Shown here piece by piece: positions 39,962 to 50,020 of a stretch of DNA of 64,000 nucleotides (position 1 is the stretch's first letter; every line of letters begins with the position of its first letter). The notes under the pieces are model-generated. The model worked only from the letters and a program-made list of their open reading frames with translations. It was not told the origin of the DNA and did no database searches. The stretch is from an uncultured Thermoplasmata archaeon (GTDB lineage: Archaea > Thermoplasmatota > Thermoplasmata > UBA10834), in NCBI GenBank assembly GCA_963719945.1, contig CAVRDX010000004.1:96001-160000 (forward strand). The letters run 5' to 3'. Made by a program: the position numbers and the translations under genes.

Positions 39962-40812
39962 CTGGACTCATACCTCCGAGATAATTCGAACACGAATTCC
40001 TCCGATGTGAGGAGATCGCGCGAAATACCTATCGAAGAAATCCTGCGGGCCAGTAGAGTCACTGGCGGTGGAAGGAGTCTGCTCGTCTTCAATATTTCCG
40101 GATCGGAGAAAGCACCGCGGACATCGGAATCGAGCAGGATGTGCCCATCGGAAAGGATGATTACACGATCCGCGTGCTCGGCCACCAGTTTCATCTCATG
40201 AGTGATGAGGATGATGGTCCTCCCGTCTGCGTTCAACTTACGAATCAGCGCCATTAGTTCCGATGATTCGTCCGCATCTAAACCGGTCGTGGGTTCGTCG
40301 AGTATCATGACCTGAGGCGTCATCGCCACGATCGACGCGATAGTGACTCGACGACGTTCACTGAGACTCAGAGAGAAAGGCGACTTTGTCTTGAGCGAGG
40401 AAATGCCCATCAGAGATAGAGCGCGCTCCATGCGTTCCCTTGACTCCTCGAGTCCGATCCCGAGATTCTTCGGGCCGAACATCACCTCGTCCTCGACGCT
40501 CGTACAGAATAGTTGATGATCTGGGTTCTGGAAGCAGTAGCCGACCGTTTTCGACAATTCGGCTATCGATTGGCTCTCCGCGGGAACACCCGAGATCTTG
40601 ATTGAACCGCCCGATGGTCGAAGCAAACCATTCATGAGTTTGGCAAGGGTAGTCTTCCCCGAACCGTTCCCACCCACTATTGCGAGGAATTCACCGCTGG
40701 ATACCATGAGTGAAACGCTCCGAAGAGCCTCCACACCAGCGTCGTATGTGAATCCCACATTATCCATCTCGATCATTCTTTTGGATCGGTCGGCGCTCGG
40801 CCTAGGTATCAT
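39958..40812 (-). CDS. ECF transporter ATPase
   Basis: GGNGSGKT, FQNPDHQ, LDEPTTGLD, ITH. The signature is variant (LSLSE). Confidence 0.92.
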   Translation of the reverse strand: MIPRPSADRSKRMIEMDNVGFTYDAGVEALRSVSLMVSSGEFLAIVGGNGSGKTTLAKLMNGLLRPSGGSIKISGVPAESQSIAELSKTVGYCFQNPDHQLFCTSVEDEVMFGPKNLGIGLEESRERMERALSLMGISSLKTKSPFSLSLSERRRVTIASIVAMTPQVMILDEPTTGLDADESSELMALIRKLNADGRTIILITHEMKLVAEHADRVIILSDGHILLDSDVRGAFSDPEILKTSRLLPPPVTLLARRISSIGISRDLLTSEEFVFELSRRYESR

Positions 40813-41690
40813 CTCGTATCACCGATCCTCGGAAATGACGGGGCTCTCGACAACAGTTCGGCCTCGGCCTCGTCAAGGGTAGTAAAGGAAAAATCGGCAC
40901 CGGTCAGTCTAGAATTCAACAGAGATGCGATCTCGAATATCTGGGGAGGCGGAACACGAATCGTTCGGAAATTACTGATGTCACTGAGTATCTCGGATGG
41001 AGGAGCCACCTTGAGTATACGACCGGAACTCATAAGCACGACCTTGTCCGAGAACTCGAGTATGTTTTCCGAATCACGATCCATCAGCAGGACTGCCATC
41101 CCATGCCTTTCGGTCAACGAACGAAGAAGAGCGTACAGCTCTATCCTGCCCACTGGGTCGAGCGCATAGGCCGGTTCATCGAGAACCAGCATCTTCGGGC
41201 GCATGGCGAGTGCGGCGGCGATTGCGAGGCGTTGTTTCTGACCACCTGAGAGCGTTGCTGGGGAGCGGTCGTTGAATCCTTTGAGACCTACAAGATCAAG
41301 CGCCCATTCCACGCGCTTGCATATCTCATCTGAAGGCACCGCGAGGTTCTCTGGGCCGAACGCCACCTCCTCTTCCACGCTCATGCAGAATAACTGGCTC
41401 TCAGGCTCTTGGAAGACCAAACCGATCAGGGTAGAGAGCTGGGTGACTTTGTGCTTGGATGTATTGTACCCGAATACTTCGACGGAGCCTTCGAGGGTGC
41501 CTCTGATTGCATGAGGGATCAGACCGTTCGATAACATGGCGAGAGTTGTCTTGCCGGCGCCATTGGCGCCAAGGACCGTCACGAACTCGCCTTCATCGAT
41601 CGTAACAGAGATGTTGTCGAGTGCGCGTCCTTCCGCGCCCTCATAGACGAAGCTGACTCCGTTCATCTTTAACGCATGCATCAGATGCAC
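40809..41690 (-). CDS. ECF transporter ATPase
   Basis: GANGAGKT, FQEPESQ, LSGGQKQR, LDEP. Confidence 0.92.
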   Translation of the reverse strand: MHLMHALKMNGVSFVYEGAEGRALDNISVTIDEGEFVTVLGANGAGKTTLAMLSNGLIPHAIRGTLEGSVEVFGYNTSKHKVTQLSTLIGLVFQEPESQLFCMSVEEEVAFGPENLAVPSDEICKRVEWALDLVGLKGFNDRSPATLSGGQKQRLAIAAALAMRPKMLVLDEPAYALDPVGRIELYALLRSLTERHGMAVLLMDRDSENILEFSDKVVLMSSGRILKVAPPSEILSDISNFRTIRVPPPQIFEIASLLNSRLTGADFSFTTLDEAEAELLSRAPSFPRIGDTR

Positions 41691-41769
41691 TGGTCCCGTC
41701 CGTCCAATCGGAGGGGTTCTGTATTAAACCTTTGTCGATTCACAGGAGCCAGAAGGCAACGGGCATGGT

Positions 41770-42648
41770 TCAGGCAGGATAGAAGAGCGCCCTGTTGCCC
41801 TTGCGCACTACACGGATCCTGCCCTTCTTGGACAACGATGCAAGGGCCTTTGTGGCCTGCTCGGTGGGCAATCGGCTGCCCCGGACTAGCTGGCCCTTCG
41901 TGGAGCCATTCGGCCTCAATGCGTTCATTATGCGCTCCTCTGCATCTTCTTCCCCTGCCGCGTCCAATACTTTCAGCGGCTTGCGGGTGGGTGGTGCTGG
42001 AGGCGGAACGAGCCTGTAGCACTCGATCTTGCCAGAGCTGTCGAGGACCGTGCTTCCGGCGGAAATTAATCTACCGAGAGATAGTGTAATCTGATCCTCG
42101 AGGTAGCCCGTCAAAGCCATCAGATCCTGTAGGGTCTTCCCTTCTTCTGTGATCAATGACAGAACCTCGCCATCGATTAGGTTCTGTGGAGGGTGCTTGT
42201 CCTTCACGACTGATATGCTATCCAGATGCGTCTTCAGGAAAGTCCTGCTGGCAATCTTGAACTTGTCAATATCCTCGTCCAGGAGCTGTTCGAGTTCGTC
42301 AACGTCCAATCCCATCTCTCGCCAGCGTCCTAGCTTGGCCCTGTAGAGCTTCTTACGAAGTTCCACCGGTTTCTGATCGACCATGTGAGTTATCTCACGG
42401 GTCCCGTTGTTTATGGGGGCTTTATCGATGTCGTTCCTGGTTGTGACAGTATAACTGACACCTGAGCCCCTCAGCACGTGATGGATTTCCTCGAGTTTGT
42501 CGAAGAGCCTCTCGTCCTCACCTAGGTTGAGCTCGAAATCGTATTCACCGATGACGGGTACTGCATCTATCTGCCGCATCCGCTCGATTATCTGCTTGGG
42601 CGATTCGCCTTCGCTGCTGAGTTCGACCCGTATGTAGGTCTTTATCAT
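41770..42648 (-). CDS. Hypothetical protein: ferredoxin-like N-terminus, WxxxG helical module and two winged-helix-like segments
   Basis: KTYIRVELSSEGESP..GEYDF; KLGRWREMGLDVDELE; GKTLQDLMALTG..LGRLISAG and GQLVRGSRL..LASLSKKGRI. Confidence 0.65.
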   Translation of the reverse strand: MIKTYIRVELSSEGESPKQIIERMRQIDAVPVIGEYDFELNLGEDERLFDKLEEIHHVLRGSGVSYTVTTRNDIDKAPINNGTREITHMVDQKPVELRKKLYRAKLGRWREMGLDVDELEQLLDEDIDKFKIASRTFLKTHLDSISVVKDKHPPQNLIDGEVLSLITEEGKTLQDLMALTGYLEDQITLSLGRLISAGSTVLDSSGKIECYRLVPPPAPPTRKPLKVLDAAGEEDAEERIMNALRPNGSTKGQLVRGSRLPTEQATKALASLSKKGRIRVVRKGNRALFYPA

Positions 42649-42774
42649 TTGGTATCACTTAGCTGGAGGACACAATAGCCTCACTCTTTGATATTGTTTT
42701 CGAATATTGATAATACAAGTACATGTATGGCAGATGTGAGGTTAATATACGAGGCACCGGCATAACACTGGCGC

Positions 42775-44004
42775 ATGCCTCCAGATGCGAACAAACGGTT
42801 CCTAATGAGCGCTTTTTCGAGACATTACAGGGATGTTTCCATCGCCATGCCCGATAGATTCGCACGAAGAGAGTTCGGATTCATGTTCTTCGACCGGGAT
42901 TACGTGATGAGGCATCTGGGGTTTGCGAAGAGAGCTGAACTGAAGAACTACCTCGTCGATAATGTGCCATCTCACGCATACTATTCATGCGCATACTACG
43001 AGAAGCCGAATGCCCCCACTATGCCTGAAAAGAAATGGCTGGGTGCCGACCTCATATTCGATCTTGATGCAGACCATGTCGAAGGGACGAAGGGCATGAC
43101 CTACGAGAAGATGCTCGAAAGAGTCAAAGAAGAGGTGATTCGGCTCATGGACGAATTCCTCCTGGGGGACCTAGGCTTCGATTATGATTCACTTAAGGTG
43201 GTGTTCTCCGGCGGTCGAGGATATCACGTTCACATCAACGACCCCAGAGTCTTCCGACTGTCCAGCCATGAGAGGAGGGAGATAGTGGATTATGTGACTG
43301 GGACGGATCTCGACATCGATTGGATATTCCCTGAGACATCCTTCGAGATGGCGAGGTTCAAGGATAGGCCTTCGATAGCGCACAAGAGGACCATGCCGAA
43401 ACTCGAGGATGGTGGTTGGCGGCGGCGCATGAGACGGGGCATTGATGAACTACTGAAGGAGTTGGAGGACGCCGACGAGACCACCGCCAAGGGCATCCTT
43501 GCCAAGATATCAGAGGGTGGGGCAAAGGAGATAGGTGTGAAGACCCTGGACGGCGTGTACGACGATCTCTTCAAAGGCAACCAGGGAAAGAGAGGAGTCG
43601 ACAGGATGAGAGATGACGACACCTTCGAGGTATTCTCTGAAAAGAGACGGGCGGACGCATTCCTATCAATCGTTGAGATGAGGGTCAAGGGACGGATGAA
43701 AGGCGAGACGGACGAACCCGTCACCTCGGATATTAAGCGCTTGATAAGGCTGCCATCATCCTTGCACGGCAAAACGGGATTCGAGGTCATCCCGATGAAA
43801 AGAGACGATGTCGAGGATTTCGATCCGTTCGTATCGGCAGTCTCGGCCACATTCGGGGAGGAGCCAGTCCGAGTGAGCTGCCGGGAACCGGTCGAAGTGT
43901 CCCTCAAGGAGTGCAAGTTCACGCTGGACGAGGGGCAGAACACTGTGCCAGAGTATGCTGCAATCCATCTAATATGCAGAAAGCTGGCGATTTTTGATTC
44001 CTGA
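42775..44004 (+). CDS. priS: DNA primase small (catalytic) subunit
   Basis: REFGF, YYSCAYY, DLIFDLDADH, FSGGRGYH, DEPVTSDIKRLIRLPSSLHGKTG. Confidence 0.96.
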   Translation: MPPDANKRFLMSAFSRHYRDVSIAMPDRFARREFGFMFFDRDYVMRHLGFAKRAELKNYLVDNVPSHAYYSCAYYEKPNAPTMPEKKWLGADLIFDLDADHVEGTKGMTYEKMLERVKEEVIRLMDEFLLGDLGFDYDSLKVVFSGGRGYHVHINDPRVFRLSSHERREIVDYVTGTDLDIDWIFPETSFEMARFKDRPSIAHKRTMPKLEDGGWRRRMRRGIDELLKELEDADETTAKGILAKISEGGAKEIGVKTLDGVYDDLFKGNQGKRGVDRMRDDDTFEVFSEKRRADAFLSIVEMRVKGRMKGETDEPVTSDIKRLIRLPSSLHGKTGFEVIPMKRDDVEDFDPFVSAVSATFGEEPVRVSCREPVEVSLKECKFTLDEGQNTVPEYAAIHLICRKLAIFDS

Positions 44005-44045
44005 TGCACAAAATATTAATTCGGACTAGGTCATCTTAATGCGCA

Positions 44046-44873
44046 ATGCCCCTATCGAAAAAGGTCCTGGAGGGTTCAGTCAGGTTGACCAGGATCCGCA
44101 GGATCAAGATCGTGTTGTACATACTCCAGGTGGCCATCCTTGTGGCACTGGCGTTCCTCGTCGTATTCATCATAGGGAATGCGAAAATCAAGCCGAGCCT
44201 ATACCTTCCAATCGACTCCTTCGCCGCAGTGGTCGTCTTGATTCTGCTTGTCATCTGCGTCGAAGGCTTCTTCTTCAGAATGCTGGAGATACGGTTTGCC
44301 AGAAGCTCCAGCGCCAGGCATCTGATGGCCATGACCTCGATGAAGAGTTCGATGCTGATAGCAATCATATGCGCGGTCATCACTTTTGTGCTCATGGTAC
44401 CACCGATACTATCAGTGGTCGAGGGTGCTACGGAGAAGACGATCACTGTCACCAGCGGTGAGGATTATTCCTTCTGGTCTCGGGATCCGCTCGCGATGTT
44501 GAGAGCCTCTGAGATTAGAGCCACCTCGCAAGATACTGTCGAGCTATACCTGGTCGACGATTCGGTGTACCAGCAATATAACGGCAGCTTGGGTGAGATG
44601 TACTCACTGAGATTGAATGATGATGACTACATAATCGACGGGGAACTGACGATTACGATCCCGTTTTCTGATCACACCCTCTTCCATCTGGTGCTAAACG
44701 ATCTGGACAACCCTGGCGCAATCATCACTGTGACACTGTCGAACGAGGTGTCCGAGACATTCACCGGGCTCGTATCACTCCTCACCCTCGCGTTTGTAGT
44801 AGCGAACATAGCATGGATCGCATACTTGGTCCCGATAGAAAGGAAATATTCTCACGGGTCAATCTACAAGTAG
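44046..44873 (+). CDS. Hypothetical membrane protein (3 TM helices, extracellular beta domain, 1 TM helix)
   Basis: Hydrophobic segments flank a polar domain; the ORF fills the gap between neighbours. Confidence 0.7.
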   Translation: MPLSKKVLEGSVRLTRIRRIKIVLYILQVAILVALAFLVVFIIGNAKIKPSLYLPIDSFAAVVVLILLVICVEGFFFRMLEIRFARSSSARHLMAMTSMKSSMLIAIICAVITFVLMVPPILSVVEGATEKTITVTSGEDYSFWSRDPLAMLRASEIRATSQDTVELYLVDDSVYQQYNGSLGEMYSLRLNDDDYIIDGELTITIPFSDHTLFHLVLNDLDNPGAIITVTLSNEVSETFTGLVSLLTLAFVVANIAWIAYLVPIERKYSHGSIYK

Positions 44874-45718
44874 CCATACAGGGAGCAGCAGGTTTCCCGA
44901 CGCCTGATCGTGAAACCGGATTTCTTTAGAAGAGCTACCGTGGACTCTGAAGGCATCACGATCCCGTCCAAGCCAGCCTGAACCGCATCGAACTCCCAGG
45001 ATCTATTCCGTTTCGATCTCATGCAACCGAAGACGAGCTTGGTCTCGGGCATCCGTTCGCGTGCGAGGGAGATTATCTCGATCATATCGCTGGGGGATGG
45101 AGGCAACAGGGTCGCATAGCTCGTGCCTTCCGTCGGGATGAGGGATATCAGGACCAGGACTGGAACCCCGATATCAGCTACTTCTGAGACTGCTCTCCGC
45201 TCACCCCTCAACTGCCCTCCATGAATCCCGACACATATGTGTGGAACGACCACAGGAGCTCCGAGGGACTTGAGGGTTTTCAGGACGCGCGTGTAGTCCT
45301 CGACCGTGGCCCGAAGTCCAGAGACCTCCGCAATGGTTTCATCCGATCCATACATATCGACAGAGAAAGCGTCGATGCCGCTTCGAACGAGCGCCATCAG
45401 ATCATCCCTGGGCGTGAGGCCGATATGCGCATTGATCTTGAGGGATGTCTCGGCCTTTATGAGCGTAATTGTCGAGGTGAAATCACTCAGGGGGACTCTG
45501 CCGTTCGAATCCGACCCACCACTGAGAAGGAATCCCTTCGCACCTCTCGCTTCAAGGGTCTTGGCGAATTTGAGCAGGTCTTCTGGAGTGGTGGTTTGAA
45601 CCATCCCTTCGAGATATCTCGCTCCACAGTGTTTGCACTTAAGAGCGCATATTGTACCTGTAACAGAGACTGAAGGGAAGCTGCGCCCTGGGTAGAAGCA
45701 CTCTATCTCTCGCGACAC
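44864..45718 (-). CDS. Radical SAM protein (biotin-synthase-like archaeal family)
   Basis: CALKCKHC, LLSGG, VVPHI, FGCMR, C-terminal CC. Confidence 0.85.
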   Translation of the reverse strand: MSREIECFYPGRSFPSVSVTGTICALKCKHCGARYLEGMVQTTTPEDLLKFAKTLEARGAKGFLLSGGSDSNGRVPLSDFTSTITLIKAETSLKINAHIGLTPRDDLMALVRSGIDAFSVDMYGSDETIAEVSGLRATVEDYTRVLKTLKSLGAPVVVPHICVGIHGGQLRGERRAVSEVADIGVPVLVLISLIPTEGTSYATLLPPSPSDMIEIISLARERMPETKLVFGCMRSKRNRSWEFDAVQAGLDGIVMPSESTVALLKKSGFTIRRRETCCSLYGYL

Positions 45719-45835
45719 GATCCCTTAGCAACGACCAGTCGGCATATCAAGCTTATGCGGCGGTCGTGTCAGAAACGGGTTGTCCAGGCAAAAGCTTTAT
45801 TTGCGACCCTTTCTCTAGGGCCCCTGCTGGTCTGC

Positions 45836-46069
45836 ATGAAAGCTTTCGAAGTTAAGGGTCAGTTCAGACTATCTGTCAAGGAATGGCAACCATTCTCCAT
45901 TGAGGTTGCATCAACTGATGAGAAAGGTGCCGTAGATAAACTGCTGGCATTGATCGGCAGCAGGCACAACGTCAAGCGGGCGTTCATCAAGATCGACGGT
46001 GTGAAACCCCTCAAGCTAGAGGAGATCACGGACCATACCGTGAAATACCTGCTGGAGGCAAAGAAGTGA
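45836..46069 (+). CDS. rpl18a: 50S ribosomal protein LX (eL20/L18Ae)
   Basis: MKAFEVKG.F..IGSRHNVKR..IKI, in the conserved rpl18a-pfdA-ftsY order. Confidence 0.9.
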   Translation: MKAFEVKGQFRLSVKEWQPFSIEVASTDEKGAVDKLLALIGSRHNVKRAFIKIDGVKPLKLEEITDHTVKYLLEAKK

Positions 46070-46497
46070 TTGATGAGACGGCACTCAGAGAGAATATGAT
46101 GAGGCTCGACACGGCCAAGGCACAGCTGGAAGGGCTTGCGAGACAGCAGGAACTGATCCAGCTCGCCATCGAAGAGCACGTCAAGGCCCGTGAGACTGTA
46201 AAGAGCCTTTCCTCGGGAGTACCTGGGGACGATCTGATGATACCAATCGGTGCCGATTCGTACATTTATGCGAAGGCGTCCGAGAGGAAGGACGTCGTCA
46301 TTGGCGTGGGTTCCGGGGTGTCTATACAGAGAGACGCTGTGGAAGCACAGAAGCTATTGGATACCAGGATAGAAGAGCTGTCCCAGGCGTTCCAGAAGGT
46401 CTCTGAGAAAGCAGAACAGGCAGAGGCCACCATTCAGCAATTGTCACAATTGGTTCAGAGTCAATACGAGGAGATGCAGGCAGGCCACATGGCCTGA
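46066..46497 (+). CDS. pfdA: Prefoldin subunit alpha
   Basis: Coiled coils flanking IPIGADSY..VVIGVGSGVS. Confidence 0.92.
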   Translation: MIDETALRENMMRLDTAKAQLEGLARQQELIQLAIEEHVKARETVKSLSSGVPGDDLMIPIGADSYIYAKASERKDVVIGVGSGVSIQRDAVEAQKLLDTRIEELSQAFQKVSEKAEQAEATIQQLSQLVQSQYEEMQAGHMA

Positions 46498-46506
46498 GGG
46501 CTTATC

Positions 46507-47472
46507 ATGTTCCGAGCGCTGAAGGAGAGATTCTCGGCGGCTTCGAAGGTCGCAGAGAGCAGGTCAATCGACGACATCTCAGAAGTCGCCGGTGATTCTG
46601 GAAGGAGGCTCAAGGAGAGCGTCCTTGACGATGTTCTACACGAGCTTGAGATAGGGCTTCTCGAATCGGATGTCGCCCTGCCCGTCGCCGAGGAACTCAC
46701 GAAGAGCGTGAGAGAGGCATTGGTGGGCAAGAGGATCGACAAGGGTTTCAAGATTGATGAGGCGATTGAACTATCACTGCGTATCGCTGTAAGAGATGTT
46801 CTCCAGGCCAATACTTTCTCCCTCAAAGATGCGCTGGCCTCGAAGGCTCCACCATACGTCATCATGTTTGTTGGCATAAACGGAACCGGAAAAACTACAA
46901 TCATTGCCAAGATGGCGAACAGGCTCAAGGCTCACGGATACAGCGTCATACTAGCAGCTGCAGACACATTCAGGGCTGGCGCGATAGAGCAGTTGACGAT
47001 ACACTCCGAGAAACTTGGATGCAAGATAATTAAGCACCAGGCAGGTGGGGACCCCGCGGCCGTGGCATATGACGCGATTGAGCACGCGAAGGCCCGCAAG
47101 AGAGGGGTCGTCCTCATCGACACTGCTGGCAGGATGCAGACCAATACGAACCTGATGGACGAGATGAAGAAGATCAAGCGGGTCGCAAAACCCGACCTCA
47201 TTGTGTTCGTGGGCGATTCGCTCGCGGGATCCGATGCGGTTATCCAGGCCAAGAAGTTCGACGAAGCAGTCGGAATCGACGCTGTTGTGTTGACGAAGAT
47301 AGATGCTGATTCGAAAGGCGGTGCGGCACTGTCCATAGCGAAGACCGTCGGCAAGCCCATCGCATATGTGAGCTTCGGTCAGGAATACGATCAATTCCGG
47401 CGCTTCGACGCAGAATGGATGGTCGGAAGGATATTCGGAGACAAGCAATCCGCGTCCACTCAGGATTTCTGA
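46507..47472 (+). CDS. ftsY: SRP receptor FtsY
   Basis: LLESDV, GINGTGKTT, DTFRAGAIEQL, DTAGR, TKID, GQ.Y. Confidence 0.96.
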   Translation: MFRALKERFSAASKVAESRSIDDISEVAGDSGRRLKESVLDDVLHELEIGLLESDVALPVAEELTKSVREALVGKRIDKGFKIDEAIELSLRIAVRDVLQANTFSLKDALASKAPPYVIMFVGINGTGKTTIIAKMANRLKAHGYSVILAAADTFRAGAIEQLTIHSEKLGCKIIKHQAGGDPAAVAYDAIEHAKARKRGVVLIDTAGRMQTNTNLMDEMKKIKRVAKPDLIVFVGDSLAGSDAVIQAKKFDEAVGIDAVVLTKIDADSKGGAALSIAKTVGKPIAYVSFGQEYDQFRRFDAEWMVGRIFGDKQSASTQDF

Positions 47473-48707
47473 GCGCCAGATATTGCATCACCTGCGAAGA
47501 GCAGGGCAAAGACCTTCGTATCTGACATCAAGTTATCGATCACGCAGTATTCATTCGCATCATGGGCCATGGCCTCGAGAGAGGCCCAGACCACAGCATC
47601 GATTCCTTCGCGCCTGAAGGGTGTGGCGCATGTACCTCCACCCATGCCTGTTGGGCGCGGCTCCACTTTCTTGATCGTTCTGATGGCTGCAGACAGCATC
47701 TTCACGATCTCAGAATCCACACTGGTTCTCGGGGGTGCGTCGGCCCTTTGATCGATATCCAGCATTATCTTGGCGCCACTCTCTGATTCGATCTCCTTGG
47801 CGATCCTGTTCATATCAGCCAGGATTTCGTCCAGACGATATTCCGGAAGGACCCTGAAATCAAATGCGAACCTCTGCTTTCCTGGAATGGTGTTGATGTT
47901 TGGGCCGTTCGATTCGCATCTCGTCGCGACGAATGTGCTCGGTGGTGGGTTGAAAAGAGGGTCGCTGTCCGCATATTTTGCACGAAGTTCGTCCGTCACT
48001 TTTAACATGTACTTGGCAGCGACCTCGAGAGCGTTTATGCCTTCATCTGGGGTGCTAGCATGGGTCTGCTTCCCGAGAACCTCGACGTTCACCCACAGGA
48101 TGCTCTTCTCCACTACCTCCAGCTCAGAGCCATCCGACGCTCCATGGTCGGGGACCACTGCGAGGTCTCCCTTCTTGAACACCCCTTTAGAGAGCAGGAA
48201 CTCAATCCCATGATCGTTGCCCTGCTCCTCATCGGCCACGAAGGCGAGGTTGATGTTCATCTCAGGCACGATCCCCGCAGCCTTGATCGTCGCCATAGCG
48301 AAGAGGGAGGCGATCAGCTCCTGCCCGTTATCCTCTGAGCCTCGACCATATATCCGACCGTCTTTGACGATAGGATCGAATGGTGGAGATGCCCATGCGG
48401 AGATATCGCCTTCAGGGACGGTGTCCATGTGTGTGACGACCCACATATTCCTGTCAGTTCGTCCCGCGAGCCGGAGTATGATGTTCGGCCGGCTGCCGAA
48501 AGGAACCCTTGGGTCGTTTGAACTCAGAACCTCCGCTTTGCCGAGACCGAGGTCGGCAGCCAACTTGACGAGAAAATCCGCGCGAGCCTGCTCGCCCTCA
48601 CCTCCGCTGTCAGGTGCTATAGCCTTTATTCTAAGCATCGAGCAGAAATCCTTGATCATGTCATCTTTCCGCGCGTCGACCAGTTGAGAAAGCCGCCCTG
48701 TATCCAT
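47460..48707 (-). CDS. M20-family metallohydrolase (DapE/ArgE-like)
   Basis: HMDTVP, YGRGSEDNG, DEE, GKQTHAS, NTIPG, GGGT, AH..NEY. Start at ATG 48707. Confidence 0.9.
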   Translation of the reverse strand: MDTGRLSQLVDARKDDMIKDFCSMLRIKAIAPDSGGEGEQARADFLVKLAADLGLGKAEVLSSNDPRVPFGSRPNIILRLAGRTDRNMWVVTHMDTVPEGDISAWASPPFDPIVKDGRIYGRGSEDNGQELIASLFAMATIKAAGIVPEMNINLAFVADEEQGNDHGIEFLLSKGVFKKGDLAVVPDHGASDGSELEVVEKSILWVNVEVLGKQTHASTPDEGINALEVAAKYMLKVTDELRAKYADSDPLFNPPPSTFVATRCESNGPNINTIPGKQRFAFDFRVLPEYRLDEILADMNRIAKEIESESGAKIMLDIDQRADAPPRTSVDSEIVKMLSAAIRTIKKVEPRPTGMGGGTCATPFRREGIDAVVWASLEAMAHDANEYCVIDNLMSDTKVFALLFAGDAISGAQKS

Positions 48708-48774
48708 GCAATCCTCACTTCCTTTCGGGCAGGATATCAGGGACCGGCGATATGACGTTTGCTGATTATCGGCA

Positions 48775-49950
48775 TCATATCTCGACCAGCATGCCGACAG
48801 CATTCCCGCCACCTAGGCAGAGGGTTGCTAGACCACGGTGCGCACTATGCTTCTTCATGGCATAGGTTAGTGTGGTCAGGACACGCGCACCGCTACATCC
48901 GATCGGATGGCCGAGGGCGACTGCGCCACCGTTCACGTTGAACCGATCGGGGGGGACATCGAGCGCGCGCATGACGGCGACCGAAGCTGTCGAGAATGCT
49001 TCGTTGTGCTCGAACAGGTCGATATCCTTGATGGTCAACTTGTTCCGCTCGAGAAGCTTGCGGGCGGCATCGATCGGGGCCTCCATAAGAAGCTCTGGCT
49101 TCGTTCCCGTCGTTATATAATCCACAATTCTCGCCAACGGAGTGACACCCTTCTCGCGGGCAACGTCTCCATCCATTATGACAAGAGCTGATGCTCCGTC
49201 GTTGATGCTCGATGAATTGCCGGCGGTCAGTACACCATCGTTACGGAAAACGGGTTTGAGCTTCCCTAGCGATTCGATCGTTGTGTCCTCCCTTGGACCC
49301 TCATCGGTCGAGAAGATGATGTTGCCCTTCTTCGAGGGGATCTCAACGTCGACTGTTTCGTCCCTGAACGCTCCAGACTTGATGGCGGTGATAGCCTTCT
49401 TATGACTGCCACAAGAGAATTCGTCGGCGTCATGCCTCGTGATGCCATGCTTCTGTGCGACTATCTCGCCAGTGTTGCCCATGTGGAAATCGTTGAAGAC
49501 ATCCCACAGGCCGTCCCTCACCATGGCATCGATCAGTTGGGAATCGAACAACTTGTACCCGAACCGCGCCTTCTCCAGAAGGTAAGGTGCATTCGACATG
49601 CTTTCCATTCCGCCTGCGACGATGATTTTCTCGCGGCCTGCGAGAATCGCATCGCTGGCAAGCATGACGGCTTTCATGCCGGACCCGCAGACCTTGTTTA
49701 TCGTCAGCGCTGACACAGAATCTGGTAGTCCTGCCCAAAGAGCGGCCTGTCTGCCAGGGTTCTGACCCAGACCTGCCGATAGAACATTGCCCATGATGCA
49801 TTCTTCGACCTCTCCCGGTTCGATGCCCGCGCGTCGCACGGCCTCCTTCACGGCCACGGCACCCAAACGCGTGGCGCTCATGTCCTTCAGTGCTCCTCCG
49901 AACTTGCCAATGGCTGTCCTCGTCGCACTCGCGATTACCGGTTGTGACAT
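48775..49950 (-). CDS. Acetyl-CoA C-acetyltransferase (thiolase)
   Basis: NKVCGSG, GGMESMS, NEAF, GGAVALGHPIG, LCLGGG. Confidence 0.95.
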   Translation of the reverse strand: MSQPVIASATRTAIGKFGGALKDMSATRLGAVAVKEAVRRAGIEPGEVEECIMGNVLSAGLGQNPGRQAALWAGLPDSVSALTINKVCGSGMKAVMLASDAILAGREKIIVAGGMESMSNAPYLLEKARFGYKLFDSQLIDAMVRDGLWDVFNDFHMGNTGEIVAQKHGITRHDADEFSCGSHKKAITAIKSGAFRDETVDVEIPSKKGNIIFSTDEGPREDTTIESLGKLKPVFRNDGVLTAGNSSSINDGASALVIMDGDVAREKGVTPLARIVDYITTGTKPELLMEAPIDAARKLLERNKLTIKDIDLFEHNEAFSTASVAVMRALDVPPDRFNVNGGAVALGHPIGCSGARVLTTLTYAMKKHSAHRGLATLCLGGGNAVGMLVEI

Positions 49951-50020
49951 TGTTGATCACATCCCCCAGCATCAATGGCTGCCGATGCTGGATGTGGTCA
50001 ATTGATTCGAATGTCCGTAT

